Shown here one piece after another: positions 30,754 through 40,555 of a stretch of 64,000 bases of DNA. The DNA comes from Candidatus Poribacteria bacterium. GTDB lineage: Bacteria; Poribacteria; WGA-4E; WGA-3G. The translations under genes were made by a program, and so were the position numbers. The stretch spans positions 736,001-800,000 of the forward strand of contig CAXXUA010000005.1 of NCBI GenBank assembly GCA_963663765.2. Direction: 5' to 3'. Below the pieces are notes generated by a model. It searched no databases. It was not told the DNA's origin and saw nothing but the letters and a program-made list of their open reading frames with translations. Position 1 is the first letter of the stretch, and every line of letters starts with the position of its first letter.

Positions 30754-31959
30754 TTACCTATCCACTTCTCCCATAACAATATCAATACTTCCGATAATAG
30801 CAATAATATCTGCGACCATCAAACCACGACTTAATTCCTGCAAAGCACTCAACGCACTGAAACAGGGGGAACGTCCTTTGACGCGTACTGGCTTCGGCGT
30901 GCCATCACTGACGATGTAAAATCCGAGTTCACCGCGCGGTGCTTCACTGCGGAAATAGATTTCACCTTTTGGCGGACGCACAGCCTTCATTTCTGCCATA
31001 ACAGGACCGTCAGGTAGACCCTCTGCTAAAATCTGTCGGACAATCTTAACAGATTCTTTCATTTCATCCATGCGTATTTTGTAGCGACTCCAGCAGTCCC
31101 CGACAACAGCCCCTAATTCCGGAATATCTTTTGCAACAGGCACATCAAACTCAAATCGGTCATAGATAGAATAGGGTTCGTCCCGCCGTAAATCCCAATC
31201 AACACCTGAACCACGAAGGTTCGGACCGGTTGCACCGTAACTAATTGCCATCTCTTCGGACATCACAGCGACCCTCATTGTCCGTTCAGAGAAAATGCTG
31301 TTTGATGTCAGTAAGTCGTTGTAGTCGTCAATCTTCGGTTCAAAATAATCGAGAAAACTTTCTATTTCATCTAAATAATTTTGTTCATCAACGGATCCAG
31401 ATTCCAATGGGATGATTTCGGAGACACCACCGATACGTATATAATTATATGTGAGTCGTGCGCCACAAATTTTTTCAAATAGCAGAAGCAGTCGTTCACG
31501 ATCCCGAAAAGCATAGAGAAACGGTGTGAATGCTCCGATGTCCATGCCGTAAGTGCCGAAAGATAGGAGGTGACTCGCAATCCGATTTAATTCGCAGATA
31601 AGTACCCGCAAATATTCTGCGCGTTCTGGTATTTCAAAATCCTTTTTTTCATCTGCTTCAAGTAACTTCTCAACAGCGAGGCAAAACCCCCAATTTTGGT
31701 TCATCGCAGCAACATAATCCATTCTGTCAGTGAAGGGAATGATTTGAGGGTAAGAAAGGTTTTCGGAGTGTTTCTCAAAACAGCGATGCAGATACCCAAT
31801 ATGTGGAATGGCTTCCCGTACCACCTCACCATCCAGTCTCAATTCCAGACGCAACACCCCGTGTGTACTTGGATGCTGAGGTCCCATATTAACTATCATC
31901 TCATCCGTGAAAGGTTTGAGTTCAATGATCTTTGATTCGGTTTGTTGTGTGCTTTCCAT
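30754..31959 (-). CDS. nuoD: NADH-quinone oxidoreductase subunit D
   Basis: NMGPQHPSTHGVLRL, IGYLHR, DIVMGEVDR. Confidence 0.96.
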   Translation of the reverse strand: MESTQQTESKIIELKPFTDEMIVNMGPQHPSTHGVLRLELRLDGEVVREAIPHIGYLHRCFEKHSENLSYPQIIPFTDRMDYVAAMNQNWGFCLAVEKLLEADEKKDFEIPERAEYLRVLICELNRIASHLLSFGTYGMDIGAFTPFLYAFRDRERLLLLFEKICGARLTYNYIRIGGVSEIIPLESGSVDEQNYLDEIESFLDYFEPKIDDYNDLLTSNSIFSERTMRVAVMSEEMAISYGATGPNLRGSGVDWDLRRDEPYSIYDRFEFDVPVAKDIPELGAVVGDCWSRYKIRMDEMKESVKIVRQILAEGLPDGPVMAEMKAVRPPKGEIYFRSEAPRGELGFYIVSDGTPKPVRVKGRSPCFSALSALQELSRGLMVADIIAIIGSIDIVMGEVDR

Positions 31960-32016
31960 AATACGGATTCTACGGTTTGATTTTATCTAATATGTCTATT
32001 GATTTACACTTATTGC

Positions 32017-32502
32017 CTAATACGGCACACGCATACCCCGATAAAAATCAGGTTCCATATAATCTTTTCGCAGCGGGTATCCTTCCCAGTCATCAGGAAG
32101 TAAGATACGGCGGAGATCGGTATGTCCTTCAAAGAAAATACCGTATAGGTCATAAGCTTCGCGTTCGTGCCAATCTGCAGTTTTCCAAATATGTGAAACG
32201 GTCGGAAGCTGCGCTTCAGTTTTTGGCATGGAGGTCTTCAGAACCACATTATGCCGATGTCGTAAAGAATGGAGATGGTATACAACGGAGAATTCTTCAT
32301 CCTTGGTGCTCAAATCAAGACCACTCAAACACATCAATGAATTGAACGCCAACGAGTCAGTTTCTACAAGATATTTGCACACGTCTGCAATAGCTGCGGG
32401 GGTGATGAGAATGTTTGGGTCTCCAACAAGTTCAGTATCAAAACCGAGGACAGCGTCACCAAACTGATCGGTAAGGATTTTATATATTTCTTCTGGGTTC
32501 AC
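32017..32502 (-). CDS. nuoC: NADH-quinone oxidoreductase subunit C
   Basis: ADWHEREAYDLYGI, LRRILLPDDWEGYPLRKDY. Confidence 0.95.
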   Translation of the reverse strand: MNPEEIYKILTDQFGDAVLGFDTELVGDPNILITPAAIADVCKYLVETDSLAFNSLMCLSGLDLSTKDEEFSVVYHLHSLRHRHNVVLKTSMPKTEAQLPTVSHIWKTADWHEREAYDLYGIFFEGHTDLRRILLPDDWEGYPLRKDYMEPDFYRGMRVPY

Positions 32503-32540
32503 GTATTATTCTTCTCCAAATCAAATGAAATAGCACTGTT

Positions 32541-33170
32541 TTATGCAGTTTGTACTTCGTTCTCGTCTTCAGATGTCGGCACGTCAGACTCTACATTAAT
32601 ATCTTCTGTCCCCTTATCCATATCTTCAGTTTTTTCAAGTTCGTACCATTCTGTTTTGGTGAATAGTCTTTTTAGGAAAGGCACATTTGTGCGTTTTGCA
32701 ATGGTCTGCGTTTTGATTTTCTCTTGTAGTTTCAGTAGTCCTTCAATAAGTGCCTCTGGACGTGGAGGACAACCGGGAACATATACATCAACAGGGATAA
32801 TCCTATCTACACCTTTAAGAACGTGATATCCGTGTTGCCAGTATGGACCGCCACTTGTTGCGCAGCTGCCCATTGAGATGACATACTTCGGTTCAGGCAT
32901 CTGTTCATATAGACGTTTGATTCGAGTAGCCATTTTCAGTGTCACTGTACCAGAAATCACCATTAAATCAGATTGTCGGGGTGTTGCGCGAGGCACACCT
33001 GCTCCAAATCTGTCCAAATCGTAGTTTGAAGCAGCAGCTGCCATGAACTCAATGGCACAACAAGCCAAACCGAAGGTCATCGGCCAGAGTGCAGAGGAAC
33101 GCGCCCAGTTCGCAACAGCATCAACTGAAGTCACGATTATGTTCTTGTCTAATTTCTCATCAATTATCAT
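32541..33170 (-). CDS. nuoB: NADH-quinone oxidoreductase subunit B
   Basis: [26 protein letters not shown]. Confidence 0.96.
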   Translation of the reverse strand: MIIDEKLDKNIIVTSVDAVANWARSSALWPMTFGLACCAIEFMAAAASNYDLDRFGAGVPRATPRQSDLMVISGTVTLKMATRIKRLYEQMPEPKYVISMGSCATSGGPYWQHGYHVLKGVDRIIPVDVYVPGCPPRPEALIEGLLKLQEKIKTQTIAKRTNVPFLKRLFTKTEWYELEKTEDMDKGTEDINVESDVPTSEDENEVQTA

Positions 33171-33570
33171 AACTTTCCTCCCGCTGTATAGATTGGACTT
33201 CTAACTGCGTGGATCTGATCCACTCAAGGTCACCTTTTGCCCAGACATAAGCAAGACCGACTAACAGGATAGCGATAAAAACAAGCATTTCCACAAACGC
33301 AAAGAGGCCTAACTTTCGGAACACAACTGCCCACGGAAGAAGGAATACGACTTCCACGTCAAAGATTAAGAAGATGAGCGCGATAACGTAAAAACGGGTG
33401 TTGAACTTAATCCGTGTGTCGCCAATCGGATCTTCCCCGCATTCGTAGGGGATATATTTTTCACCTGAAAACAACTTTGTATGTAATAGGCGAGAAATAG
33501 TAAGGTTTAGGACAACAAACAGACAACCGACAACTAAGAAAATCAGAACATTTGCAAAATTAAAGAGCAT
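33160..33570 (-). CDS. nuoA: NADH-quinone oxidoreductase subunit A
   Basis: [21 protein letters not shown]. Confidence 0.95.
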   Translation of the reverse strand: MLFNFANVLIFLVVGCLFVVLNLTISRLLHTKLFSGEKYIPYECGEDPIGDTRIKFNTRFYVIALIFLIFDVEVVFLLPWAVVFRKLGLFAFVEMLVFIAILLVGLAYVWAKGDLEWIRSTQLEVQSIQREESYDN

Positions 33571-33821
33571 GTAAACTTGCCTTTATTTAGGAAGTAAGGT
33601 TTTGTCAGTCTTATTGTTATTTGAGTAGCATTTTATTGATAAAGTATATCTTAAATTTGTAGAAATTTGCAAGGAAAAAATATGCAAGTCACGCATTTCC
33701 GTTATCTGAACAAAGTGTGGTCATCTTGAAACAATAAAACATGAATGTGATTTACTTAAGGATTTATTGCTAAATTTTGTTGGAATTGGTATAAGGGTGT
33801 GTAAAATTTTTCTCCATAGCC

Positions 33822-34192
33822 GAGCTTTGTAAGCGCGCACCGAACGGTAGGCGTGCTTTGTAAGCGCGCCCCACAACTGCAGGCGTGCTTTGTAAGCGCG
33901 CCCCACAACTGCAGGCGTGCTTTGTAAGCGCGCCCCACAACTGCAGGCGTGCTTTGTAAGCGCGCCCCGTTGATTTGGTGCTTTGTAAGCGCACCCCCGA
34001 TGGTAGGCGGGGAATGCCTAAATGGCATTCATACCGTTGATTTGGTGCTTTGTAAGCGCGCTCCCCAACTGCAGGCGTGCTTTGTAAGCGCGCCCCCCAA
34101 CTGCAGGCGTGCTTTGTAAGCGCACCCCCCAACTGCAGGCGTGCTTTGTAAGCGCACCCCCCAACTGCAGGCGTGCTTTGTAAGCGCACCCC
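33822..34192. repeat. Second REP-A tandem array (~11 units) with micro-element
   Basis: GCAGGCGTGCTTTGTAAGCGCGCC units with ~31-32-bp period; micro-element 34009-34044. Confidence 0.88.
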
Positions 34193-34500
34193 GATGTTAT
34201 GCGTGGGTTAGATAGAATTACAAATTCATTTATTAATCTTCATTTAGTTTCTGTCCGCATCTGCACAAACTAAATGTTTGATGCTCAAAATGTCCAAATA
34301 ATTTTATGTTTTACTATAATCGGGGTTGAAAACCCCTCCCACAAGAGGTCAAAATCCTTAAATTGACGCTTATGGGTTTCGCATACGCTCTACCCGGGGA
34401 ATGCCAATAAGGCATTCATACCGTTGATTTGGACCTACGATATAAACTTTAAGTAACACCCATTAAATGATAATTCTTAAAACTGAATAACCCTGTCCGT

Positions 34501-34994
34501 GGGGTGTGTAAAGATTTTGCACAGAGGTACAAACATTTGTTCTCTTTAGTCCCGTAGGGACGCAATGTTTATAGAAAGACGTTATCACCCCTCTCTTGAG
34601 TTCCGTAGGAACGACATAAAAGGTTAAACATATCGTCCCTACGGGAATAAAAAAGACGTGAGGATATGTATTTCTATAAACATTGCGTCCCTACGGGACT
34701 GAAGCGTATGGTTGATATTAACAATATTTCCTTATATTGACACCTAATGAAGTTTGACAATCAATCGGTAGTTGAATACGTAGGGGTTGGGTTCCCCAAC
34801 CCGTTTGGTTTTTAAGTTTGCGTAGATCGGGCGTGGCAACCACGCCCCTACGAATACACAAAATACACAACTTGAACGTCAAAACTCATTAGGGCTCTGT
34901 GCCCCGCATTCTCTCATTTAATCAGTTGGGGCGGGCACAGAGTCCCGCCCTACAATGAAGAATGAGTAGTTTGTGCAAAAATTTTACACACCCC
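34501..34994. mobile_element. ~495-bp MITE-like shell with several REP doublets
   Basis: TIR GGGGTGTGTAAAGATTTTGCAC / GTGCAAAAATTTTACACACCCC; REP-D and REP-E palindromes inside; no TSD seen. Confidence 0.6.
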
Positions 34995-35053
34995 ATAAAA
35001 GTATTCCACTTGCTAAAATTGTGAGAGTATGTTAATATCTCTACACATTCATT

Positions 35054-36094
35054 AGACATTATAATGATTTAGTTGCAAAGTTTAGTTAACCTCTGTTATA
35101 TTAATTACAATCTTATAAATGGAGGTTATAACATGATCATTTTTGAAAATATCAAAGACAAAGCTAATACGCTTCTATCCCTCACTGGATATACTTTAGA
35201 GGAGTTTACAGCACTATTGCCTCATTTCTCTAAGAGTTTTTTAGAGTATATGGAAACACATACACTTGATGGAAAACCGCGTAAAAATCGGAAATATAAA
35301 CCCTACAAGAATAGTTGTTTTGCTTCCCTTGAAGATATGTTGCTATTTATATTAATTTACCTTCATGAAGCTCCGAAGCAAGTTCTATTCGGCACGCTCT
35401 TTGGTATGTCTCAACCTCTTACCAATAAATGGATCCACTTGCTTTTGCCGATATTGAACACCGCATTAGCAGAACTTGGAGAGGTGCCATCTCGGGAAAC
35501 AGACCCCGCATCTCTGCGTGGTGCTTGTGAGGTATCAACTCAAAGTCAAGAAGGAGAACTTTTTTTCATGATGGTGTAGAGCGACCCATACTGCGTCCAA
35601 AAGACCCGCAAACTCAAAAGGCGTATTATAGCGGTAAAAAGAAATGCCATACAGTAAAAAACAATCTGATAATCAATGAACACTGCAAAGTCGTTTTATT
35701 GACACCTTCTTTTGAAGGAAGACACCATGACAAACGGATAGCTGATATCGTAGGTTATTGTGTGCCACCGGGAAGCACATTGTATCAAGATACCGGTTTT
35801 CAAGGGTTCGACCTTCCTGATGTAAACATTGTTCAACCGAAGAAAAAACCAAAAGGTAGAGAACTTACGGATGAAGAAAAAGAAAACAATCGGAAGATAG
35901 CATCCATACGCATACGTATTGAACATGTGATTAGTGGTATCAAAAGATACCGCATCGTCAAAGATAAACTCAGAAATTGGAAGAAAGGGTTTAGTGATTC
36001 AGTAATGGAAACCTGTTGTGCCTTACACAATTTTCGACTAAATTTCAGACCCTGGCGATATGAAACTCCTGCGATTTAATTCATTATAATGTCT
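35054..36094 (+). mobile_element. IS5-like (ISL2-type) insertion sequence, copy 2
   Basis: Same TIRs and ATT flanks as 8083-9145. Confidence 0.88.
35133..36079 (+). CDS. Transposase, -1 frameshift
   Basis: Same two-ORF structure; T7 run at 35560-35566. Confidence 0.85.
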
Positions 36095-36162
36095 ATTATT
36101 TGATTTTTGATACATCATAAACTTGAAGGTAGAGTGACAGTATCTAAATATCTACATATTTC

Positions 36163-36191
36163 TTGACATTCCTTGATATTTATGTGATACT
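36163..36191 (+). promoter_or_regulatory. Putative promoter for a leaderless tnpA transcript
   Basis: TTGACA-17 bp-(TGn)GATACT, 6 nt before ATG 36198; no SD. Confidence 0.5.
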
Positions 36192-36197
36192 ATATAC

Positions 36198-36785
36198 ATG
36201 ACTTATGTATCAGCGCGCAAAGCAAGTGAGCTGCTGGATTATACACCTGACCATTTACGGAGGTTGGCAAATGAAGGAAAGATTGATATTATCCGCACAG
36301 GAGGCGGACACAGACGCTATGATGTTGACGGATACATCAAAAGCAAATCCAAATCAATTGCAACTGTTTGCTACTGCAGAGTATCTAGCACAAAGCAAAG
36401 AGAAGACCTTGAACGACAAGTTGAATATATGCGAAGTATCTACCCCGAAGCAGAAGTTATCCGAGACATCGGAAGCGGAATCAACTTCAAAAGAAAAGGG
36501 CTTAGAACCTTATTGGAACGGCTTATGCAAGGTGATAAGCTCAAAGTTGTTATTGCCCATTGGGATAGACTCGCCCGCTTCGGTATCGACCTTATACAAT
36601 ACCTCATTGAACAAAACGGTGGCGAACTCGTGGTTCTCGATCAAACAGAACACAGTCCGCAAGAAGAACTCACGTCGGATCTTCTCGCAATCCTGCACGT
36701 CTTCAGTTGCAGAATGCACGGACTCCGAAGTTACCGTGACAAAATCAAAGAAGATAAGAGTTTATCCGACAACAGAACAACGTGA
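36198..36785 (+). CDS. tnpA: IS607 serine transposase TnpA
   Basis: MerR-like HTH (RTGGGHRRY), YCRVSS catalytic Ser, DIGSGINFKRKGL, DRLARFG. Confidence 0.95.
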   Translation: MTYVSARKASELLDYTPDHLRRLANEGKIDIIRTGGGHRRYDVDGYIKSKSKSIATVCYCRVSSTKQREDLERQVEYMRSIYPEAEVIRDIGSGINFKRKGLRTLLERLMQGDKLKVVIAHWDRLARFGIDLIQYLIEQNGGELVVLDQTEHSPQEELTSDLLAILHVFSCRMHGLRSYRDKIKEDKSLSDNRTT

Positions 36786-37854
36786 AACACTGCGTCAGTG
36801 GTTTGGCACAGCACGTTTTACTTATAATAAAACAATTGCTTTGTTGAACGAAACAGACACAAAAGCGAATTGGAAAGCGATAAAAACAGGTATTCTTCAC
36901 GATCTTCCTGATTGGAGCAAAGAAACACCGTATCAAGTGAAATCTGTTGCTATCCGTGACGCTTGTATTGCTGTCCGAGAAGCAAAGCGAAAATGCAAGA
37001 AAACAGGTCAATATCAGTCTGTTTTTTTCAAATCCAAACGTCATCCATCAGATAGTATTTTCATACCAAAGTCTGCTATAAAACCTCGCGGTGTTTATCA
37101 CACAGTGCTTGGTGATCTCAAAATGTCAGAGATGTTACCTGATAATATCTGTGACTCACGCCTCGTGAAAGAGAATGATAAATACTATCTCTGTGTTTCC
37201 TATACTGTGACAACTCCGAAGCGAAAACCAAACGGAAGTGTTGTTGCTTTAGACCCTGGCGTGAGAACATTCCTCACATATTTCCATGAGCGTGGTTTCG
37301 GATGGCTTGGACACCATGCTATCAATCGGATTCAAAGACTTTGTTCATACCTTGATAATCTTTTATCCCGTGCAATAAAAGCGACACAACAATCACGCAA
37401 GAATATGAGACGTGCTGCAAATCGCATCAGAAAACGTATCAGATATCTTGTTGACGAGTTGCATCATAAAATAGCACGTTTCCTTGTGGATACCTTTGAT
37501 ATTATCCTACTCCCTACTTTTGAGACTTCAGATATGGTAATGCGTGGAAACCGCAAACTACACAAGAAGTCTGCCCGACAAATGTTGACACTGTCGCACT
37601 ACAGATTCAAACATTTTCTAAAGCACAAAGCGAAAGAGACTGGATGTCTCGTCATTGATGTCTGTGAAGCATACACATCAAAAACAGTGTCGTGGAATGG
37701 TGAGATTAGAAAATCACTCGGTGGACGAAAGATAATAAAAGATAGCATGGGACTCAAGATGGACAGAGACTTGAATGGCGCACGCGGGATATTTTTGCGT
37801 GCTTTGGTAGATGAACCCTGGTTGCTTTCTATAAGCAACTTGCAAACCGTATAA
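36205..37854 (+). CDS. tnpB: RNA-guided nuclease TnpB, pro-Fanzor/Fanzor2-like clade; start uncertain (36205 ATG or 36736 GTG)
   Basis: KIRVYPT..WFGTARFTYN, ALDPGVRTF, ILLPTFE, EAYTSKT, DRDLNGARGI. Confidence 0.9.
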   Translation: MYQRAKQVSCWIIHLTIYGGWQMKERLILSAQEADTDAMMLTDTSKANPNQLQLFATAEYLAQSKEKTLNDKLNICEVSTPKQKLSETSEAESTSKEKGLEPYWNGLCKVISSKLLLPIGIDSPASVSTLYNTSLNKTVANSWFSIKQNTVRKKNSRRIFSQSCTSSVAECTDSEVTVTKSKKIRVYPTTEQRETLRQWFGTARFTYNKTIALLNETDTKANWKAIKTGILHDLPDWSKETPYQVKSVAIRDACIAVREAKRKCKKTGQYQSVFFKSKRHPSDSIFIPKSAIKPRGVYHTVLGDLKMSEMLPDNICDSRLVKENDKYYLCVSYTVTTPKRKPNGSVVALDPGVRTFLTYFHERGFGWLGHHAINRIQRLCSYLDNLLSRAIKATQQSRKNMRRAANRIRKRIRYLVDELHHKIARFLVDTFDIILLPTFETSDMVMRGNRKLHKKSARQMLTLSHYRFKHFLKHKAKETGCLVIDVCEAYTSKTVSWNGEIRKSLGGRKIIKDSMGLKMDRDLNGARGIFLRALVDEPWLLSISNLQTV

Positions 37855-37912
37855 GATGTGAAATGCACAGCATTGCACGGAAATATACAGGTTAATATCA
37901 TCGGAGATGAAT

Positions 37913-38335
37913 ATGGCAGTATTTTTACATACACGGGTTCGCGTAAGCGATCTTGATAAATCTATTAATTGGTATTGTGATCATTTGGGGTTCAAAGTTC
38001 GTAGCAGGAGTGACAAATCCCCCGCAGGCAACCAAATTGTGCATCTGGAACTTCCGGGCAACGCACACACACTGGAATTAACCTATTCCCCTGATTTCGA
38101 TCTTCAGGTGCAGGAAGACCTAATGCATTTTGCTATCGGTGTTCCCGATCTCGTAGAATTTTGCGACGGTTTGGATAAAGCAGGTTTGGAAATTTGGCCA
38201 GATGAGTGGCGTAAACAGTTCACATCCGGTGGCATGAAGATGGCGTTCATCACGGATCCAGATGGCTACGAAGTAGAACTATTGGAACGTAAAGACGCTG
38301 CAGGTGATCAACTGGATGTCCTCAAAGAATCCTAA
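37913..38335 (+). CDS. VOC/glyoxalase family protein
   Basis: FLHTRVRVSDLDKS, LELTY, HFAIGV, FITDPDGYEVEL. Confidence 0.9.
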   Translation: MAVFLHTRVRVSDLDKSINWYCDHLGFKVRSRSDKSPAGNQIVHLELPGNAHTLELTYSPDFDLQVQEDLMHFAIGVPDLVEFCDGLDKAGLEIWPDEWRKQFTSGGMKMAFITDPDGYEVELLERKDAAGDQLDVLKES

Positions 38336-39147
38336 GTATAGGGCCAGAACTGATTCCATGCTGTCATCCAACCTTTTGCGTGACTTTCTACGGTGACCGG
38401 ACCTGTTATTTCAATACCCGGTCTCCCTTTGAAGTCCGCGAGTTTATCTACAGTGGACACTTCAATCTTAATTGTTGTCGGTTTGGAAGGAATGTACGGA
38501 GGAACCCTCGTTAAATCTGAGAGTGCTTCTTTGGTTGCATTTTCAATCAGTTTGCGAGCTCGCACGGGTGGGATTTGTCTTGCACTGTACTTACTGAGTC
38601 CCTTTTTGACAGCAAGTGTTGGCAATTCGTCACCGAGTAGTTCTTTTGCTTCTCTACACACAGCAGTGTCCCCAGTAACAAGTGCGATCGGAACTCCGTA
38701 ATGTCCATTGAGCGCAGCGTTGACACCTGTTTCTCCAACAAGATCATCGTTGAACCAAAGGTTTCTATATTGAACTGTAGAAATTGTATGACACAGTACG
38801 CCGTCAGGTGTGTTGTTACGGGCATGCATTCCGATAAGCAAACACGCGTCACATCCATCTTTCCACATATCCTCAAATCGTCCCCAACCGTGGTGTGCGA
38901 CCCATTCACAATCGGGATGGATTTTTTCTGGTATAAGCGAATTAAATGTCCAACCTCTCCCCGCGCCATGGCAATCAACGACAACAATCTCTGTAGCACC
39001 CGCGGCTTTTGCACCGCGCACAGCAGCGTTTATCTCTTCTGTGTAGAGAAGTCTACCCTCTTCAAACATCGCAGCACCGCCATCAACTTGATCCCACACG
39101 ACGATGCCGCTTACGCCTTCCATATCCGACATAATCAATACTCGCAC
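38332..39147 (-). CDS. M55 family D-aminopeptidase (DppA-like)
   Basis: SDMEGVSG, DCHG, GMHA, LCHT, VTGD motifs. Confidence 0.9.
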   Translation of the reverse strand: MRVLIMSDMEGVSGIVVWDQVDGGAAMFEEGRLLYTEEINAAVRGAKAAGATEIVVVDCHGAGRGWTFNSLIPEKIHPDCEWVAHHGWGRFEDMWKDGCDACLLIGMHARNNTPDGVLCHTISTVQYRNLWFNDDLVGETGVNAALNGHYGVPIALVTGDTAVCREAKELLGDELPTLAVKKGLSKYSARQIPPVRARKLIENATKEALSDLTRVPPYIPSKPTTIKIEVSTVDKLADFKGRPGIEITGPVTVESHAKGWMTAWNQFWPYT

Positions 39148-39401
39148 TACTGTTTTTTCTCCTTGCTACATAAGTTGATGTATTTGAGTTTGAGTATAAA
39201 TCAATCACAGTTTGAATGCAAGTTCAATATTGGATTTAGGTGTATAAAGTTGTTGTACATATTTCACGCAAATTCCGTTCTTAACAAGTATATTGGAAAT
39301 TTATTGGATATATATTGGTTCCAAGACCAAATAACATACAAAAAATTGTTACCATCCCTTATAATATTACTAAAAAACACATTACAACAAACATAAAAAT
39401 A

Positions 39402-39812
39402 TTATGTTTTCGACAAAAACCCTTTCAGATTAAGACAAAAGTGTTGGCATTCTCTTGTGGGAGGGGTTTTCAACCCCGAATTATCTTCCTCTTTATATAT
39501 AGCAAGTTCTAATTTTGAATCAATGCTCGTTTGGGTTCGCAGCAACTGATCTAAATTTTGTTGTATCTGAAGATAGTTGGCGCGGGCATGGTTAACCTTT
39601 TGAAATTCTATGGTTCTCTCTAAGCTTGCGATAACTTCTCGTAGAATCTCGGGTGTTTCACTCAGTTCAGTTTCTAATTGTTTGAGTTTTTCTTTCATCT
39701 CCGCAAGTTGCTGTTCAACATCGGAAGAGTCTTCATTCGCGTATGTAAAAAAAGCCAGATTGCTAAAACACAAAATTGTAATAATGAATAACAGATATCT
39801 AATCGTTTTCAT
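39402..39812 (-). CDS. Secreted coiled-coil hypothetical protein; C-terminus read into a REP-C remnant
   Basis: Signal peptide and heptads; last ~25 codons (SGLKTPPTRECQHF..) come mostly from the repeat at 39428-39479. Confidence 0.6.
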   Translation of the reverse strand: MKTIRYLLFIITILCFSNLAFFTYANEDSSDVEQQLAEMKEKLKQLETELSETPEILREVIASLERTIEFQKVNHARANYLQIQQNLDQLLRTQTSIDSKLELAIYKEEDNSGLKTPPTRECQHFCLNLKGFLSKT

Positions 39813-40524
39813 TGTCAACCTCCTCTAAACTCTGCATATATTGCTTGATCTCTATAGCGTCAGGACTTTCGTCAATCTCTTTAATCTGTCGACTCCATTC
39901 TTCCCATGAAATTTCACCGGATTTAAGTGCTGCATTAAGTTCGTCCTTCTGCCTATTTATCTCAAAACTTTTTTGTCCTTTAGCGTATATCTTCTGTGAT
40001 AGCTCTACTGCTTGAGTATACAGGTTTAAAGCTTCAGCATAACCTGGACTCACCTCTTCTGCTTTTTTATCGAGTTCAACAAGTTTCTCCTGCACTTTTG
40101 CCATATCTTCAGGTGTTAAATTTACTCGTTTGATTGCATAACGCTTATCATATACATGATAAATGTAATAATCTTTATCAGTTATGTCAACATCATCACC
40201 TTCAAGAAACAACGGTTTATTAGATGGTTCATCTGATACAACCGTTTGCGCTAGTGGAATTTTGGCCCAATGGTCGCCGTGTCGTACCCATTCAAATCCC
40301 GGTTCATCTTGGGGCTTTTCTTTGTTTGAGGAAAAACCCACAACTTGTGGTGTTTCTTTCTCTGGATCCACCTCAACTTCTTCGTCTTGTTGCAGGCTTT
40401 TACGAAACGCTCCAAAATCATTCATCTGATCCCTAAACTTCACGTTATCAAAGTGCATGTAAATCATAAATACTATAAAGATAACGATGAGGAACCCCAG
40501 TCCCCAAAACATTTTCTTTTCCAT
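39799..40524 (-). CDS. Membrane-anchored hypothetical protein with HGDHW motif
   Basis: N-terminal TM (FWGLGFLIV), PGFEWVRHGDHW; AGGAG RBS. Confidence 0.7.
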   Translation of the reverse strand: MEKKMFWGLGFLIVIFIVFMIYMHFDNVKFRDQMNDFGAFRKSLQQDEEVEVDPEKETPQVVGFSSNKEKPQDEPGFEWVRHGDHWAKIPLAQTVVSDEPSNKPLFLEGDDVDITDKDYYIYHVYDKRYAIKRVNLTPEDMAKVQEKLVELDKKAEEVSPGYAEALNLYTQAVELSQKIYAKGQKSFEINRQKDELNAALKSGEISWEEWSRQIKEIDESPDAIEIKQYMQSLEEVDNEND

Positions 40525-40555
40525 TTCTATCTCCTTATTGTAAAAAGTTATCCTA

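Larger units (their letters stand above)
36130..37904 (+). mobile_element. IS607-family element (tnpA serine recombinase + tnpB)
   Basis: Bounded by GG dinucleotides (36128-29, 37903-04). Joining the flanks gives GAAGGAGATGAATATG, an intact RBS plus start for the downstream gene. Confidence 0.82.

Noticed and set aside
8083-36094. Composite transposon carrying the nuo operon between two IS5-like copies
   Set aside because: Each copy has its own ATT flanks, consistent with independent insertions; the cargo is core genes.
36130-36197. IStron (group I intron-IS607 chimera)
   Set aside because: Left end is only ~68 bp, too short for a ribozyme core.
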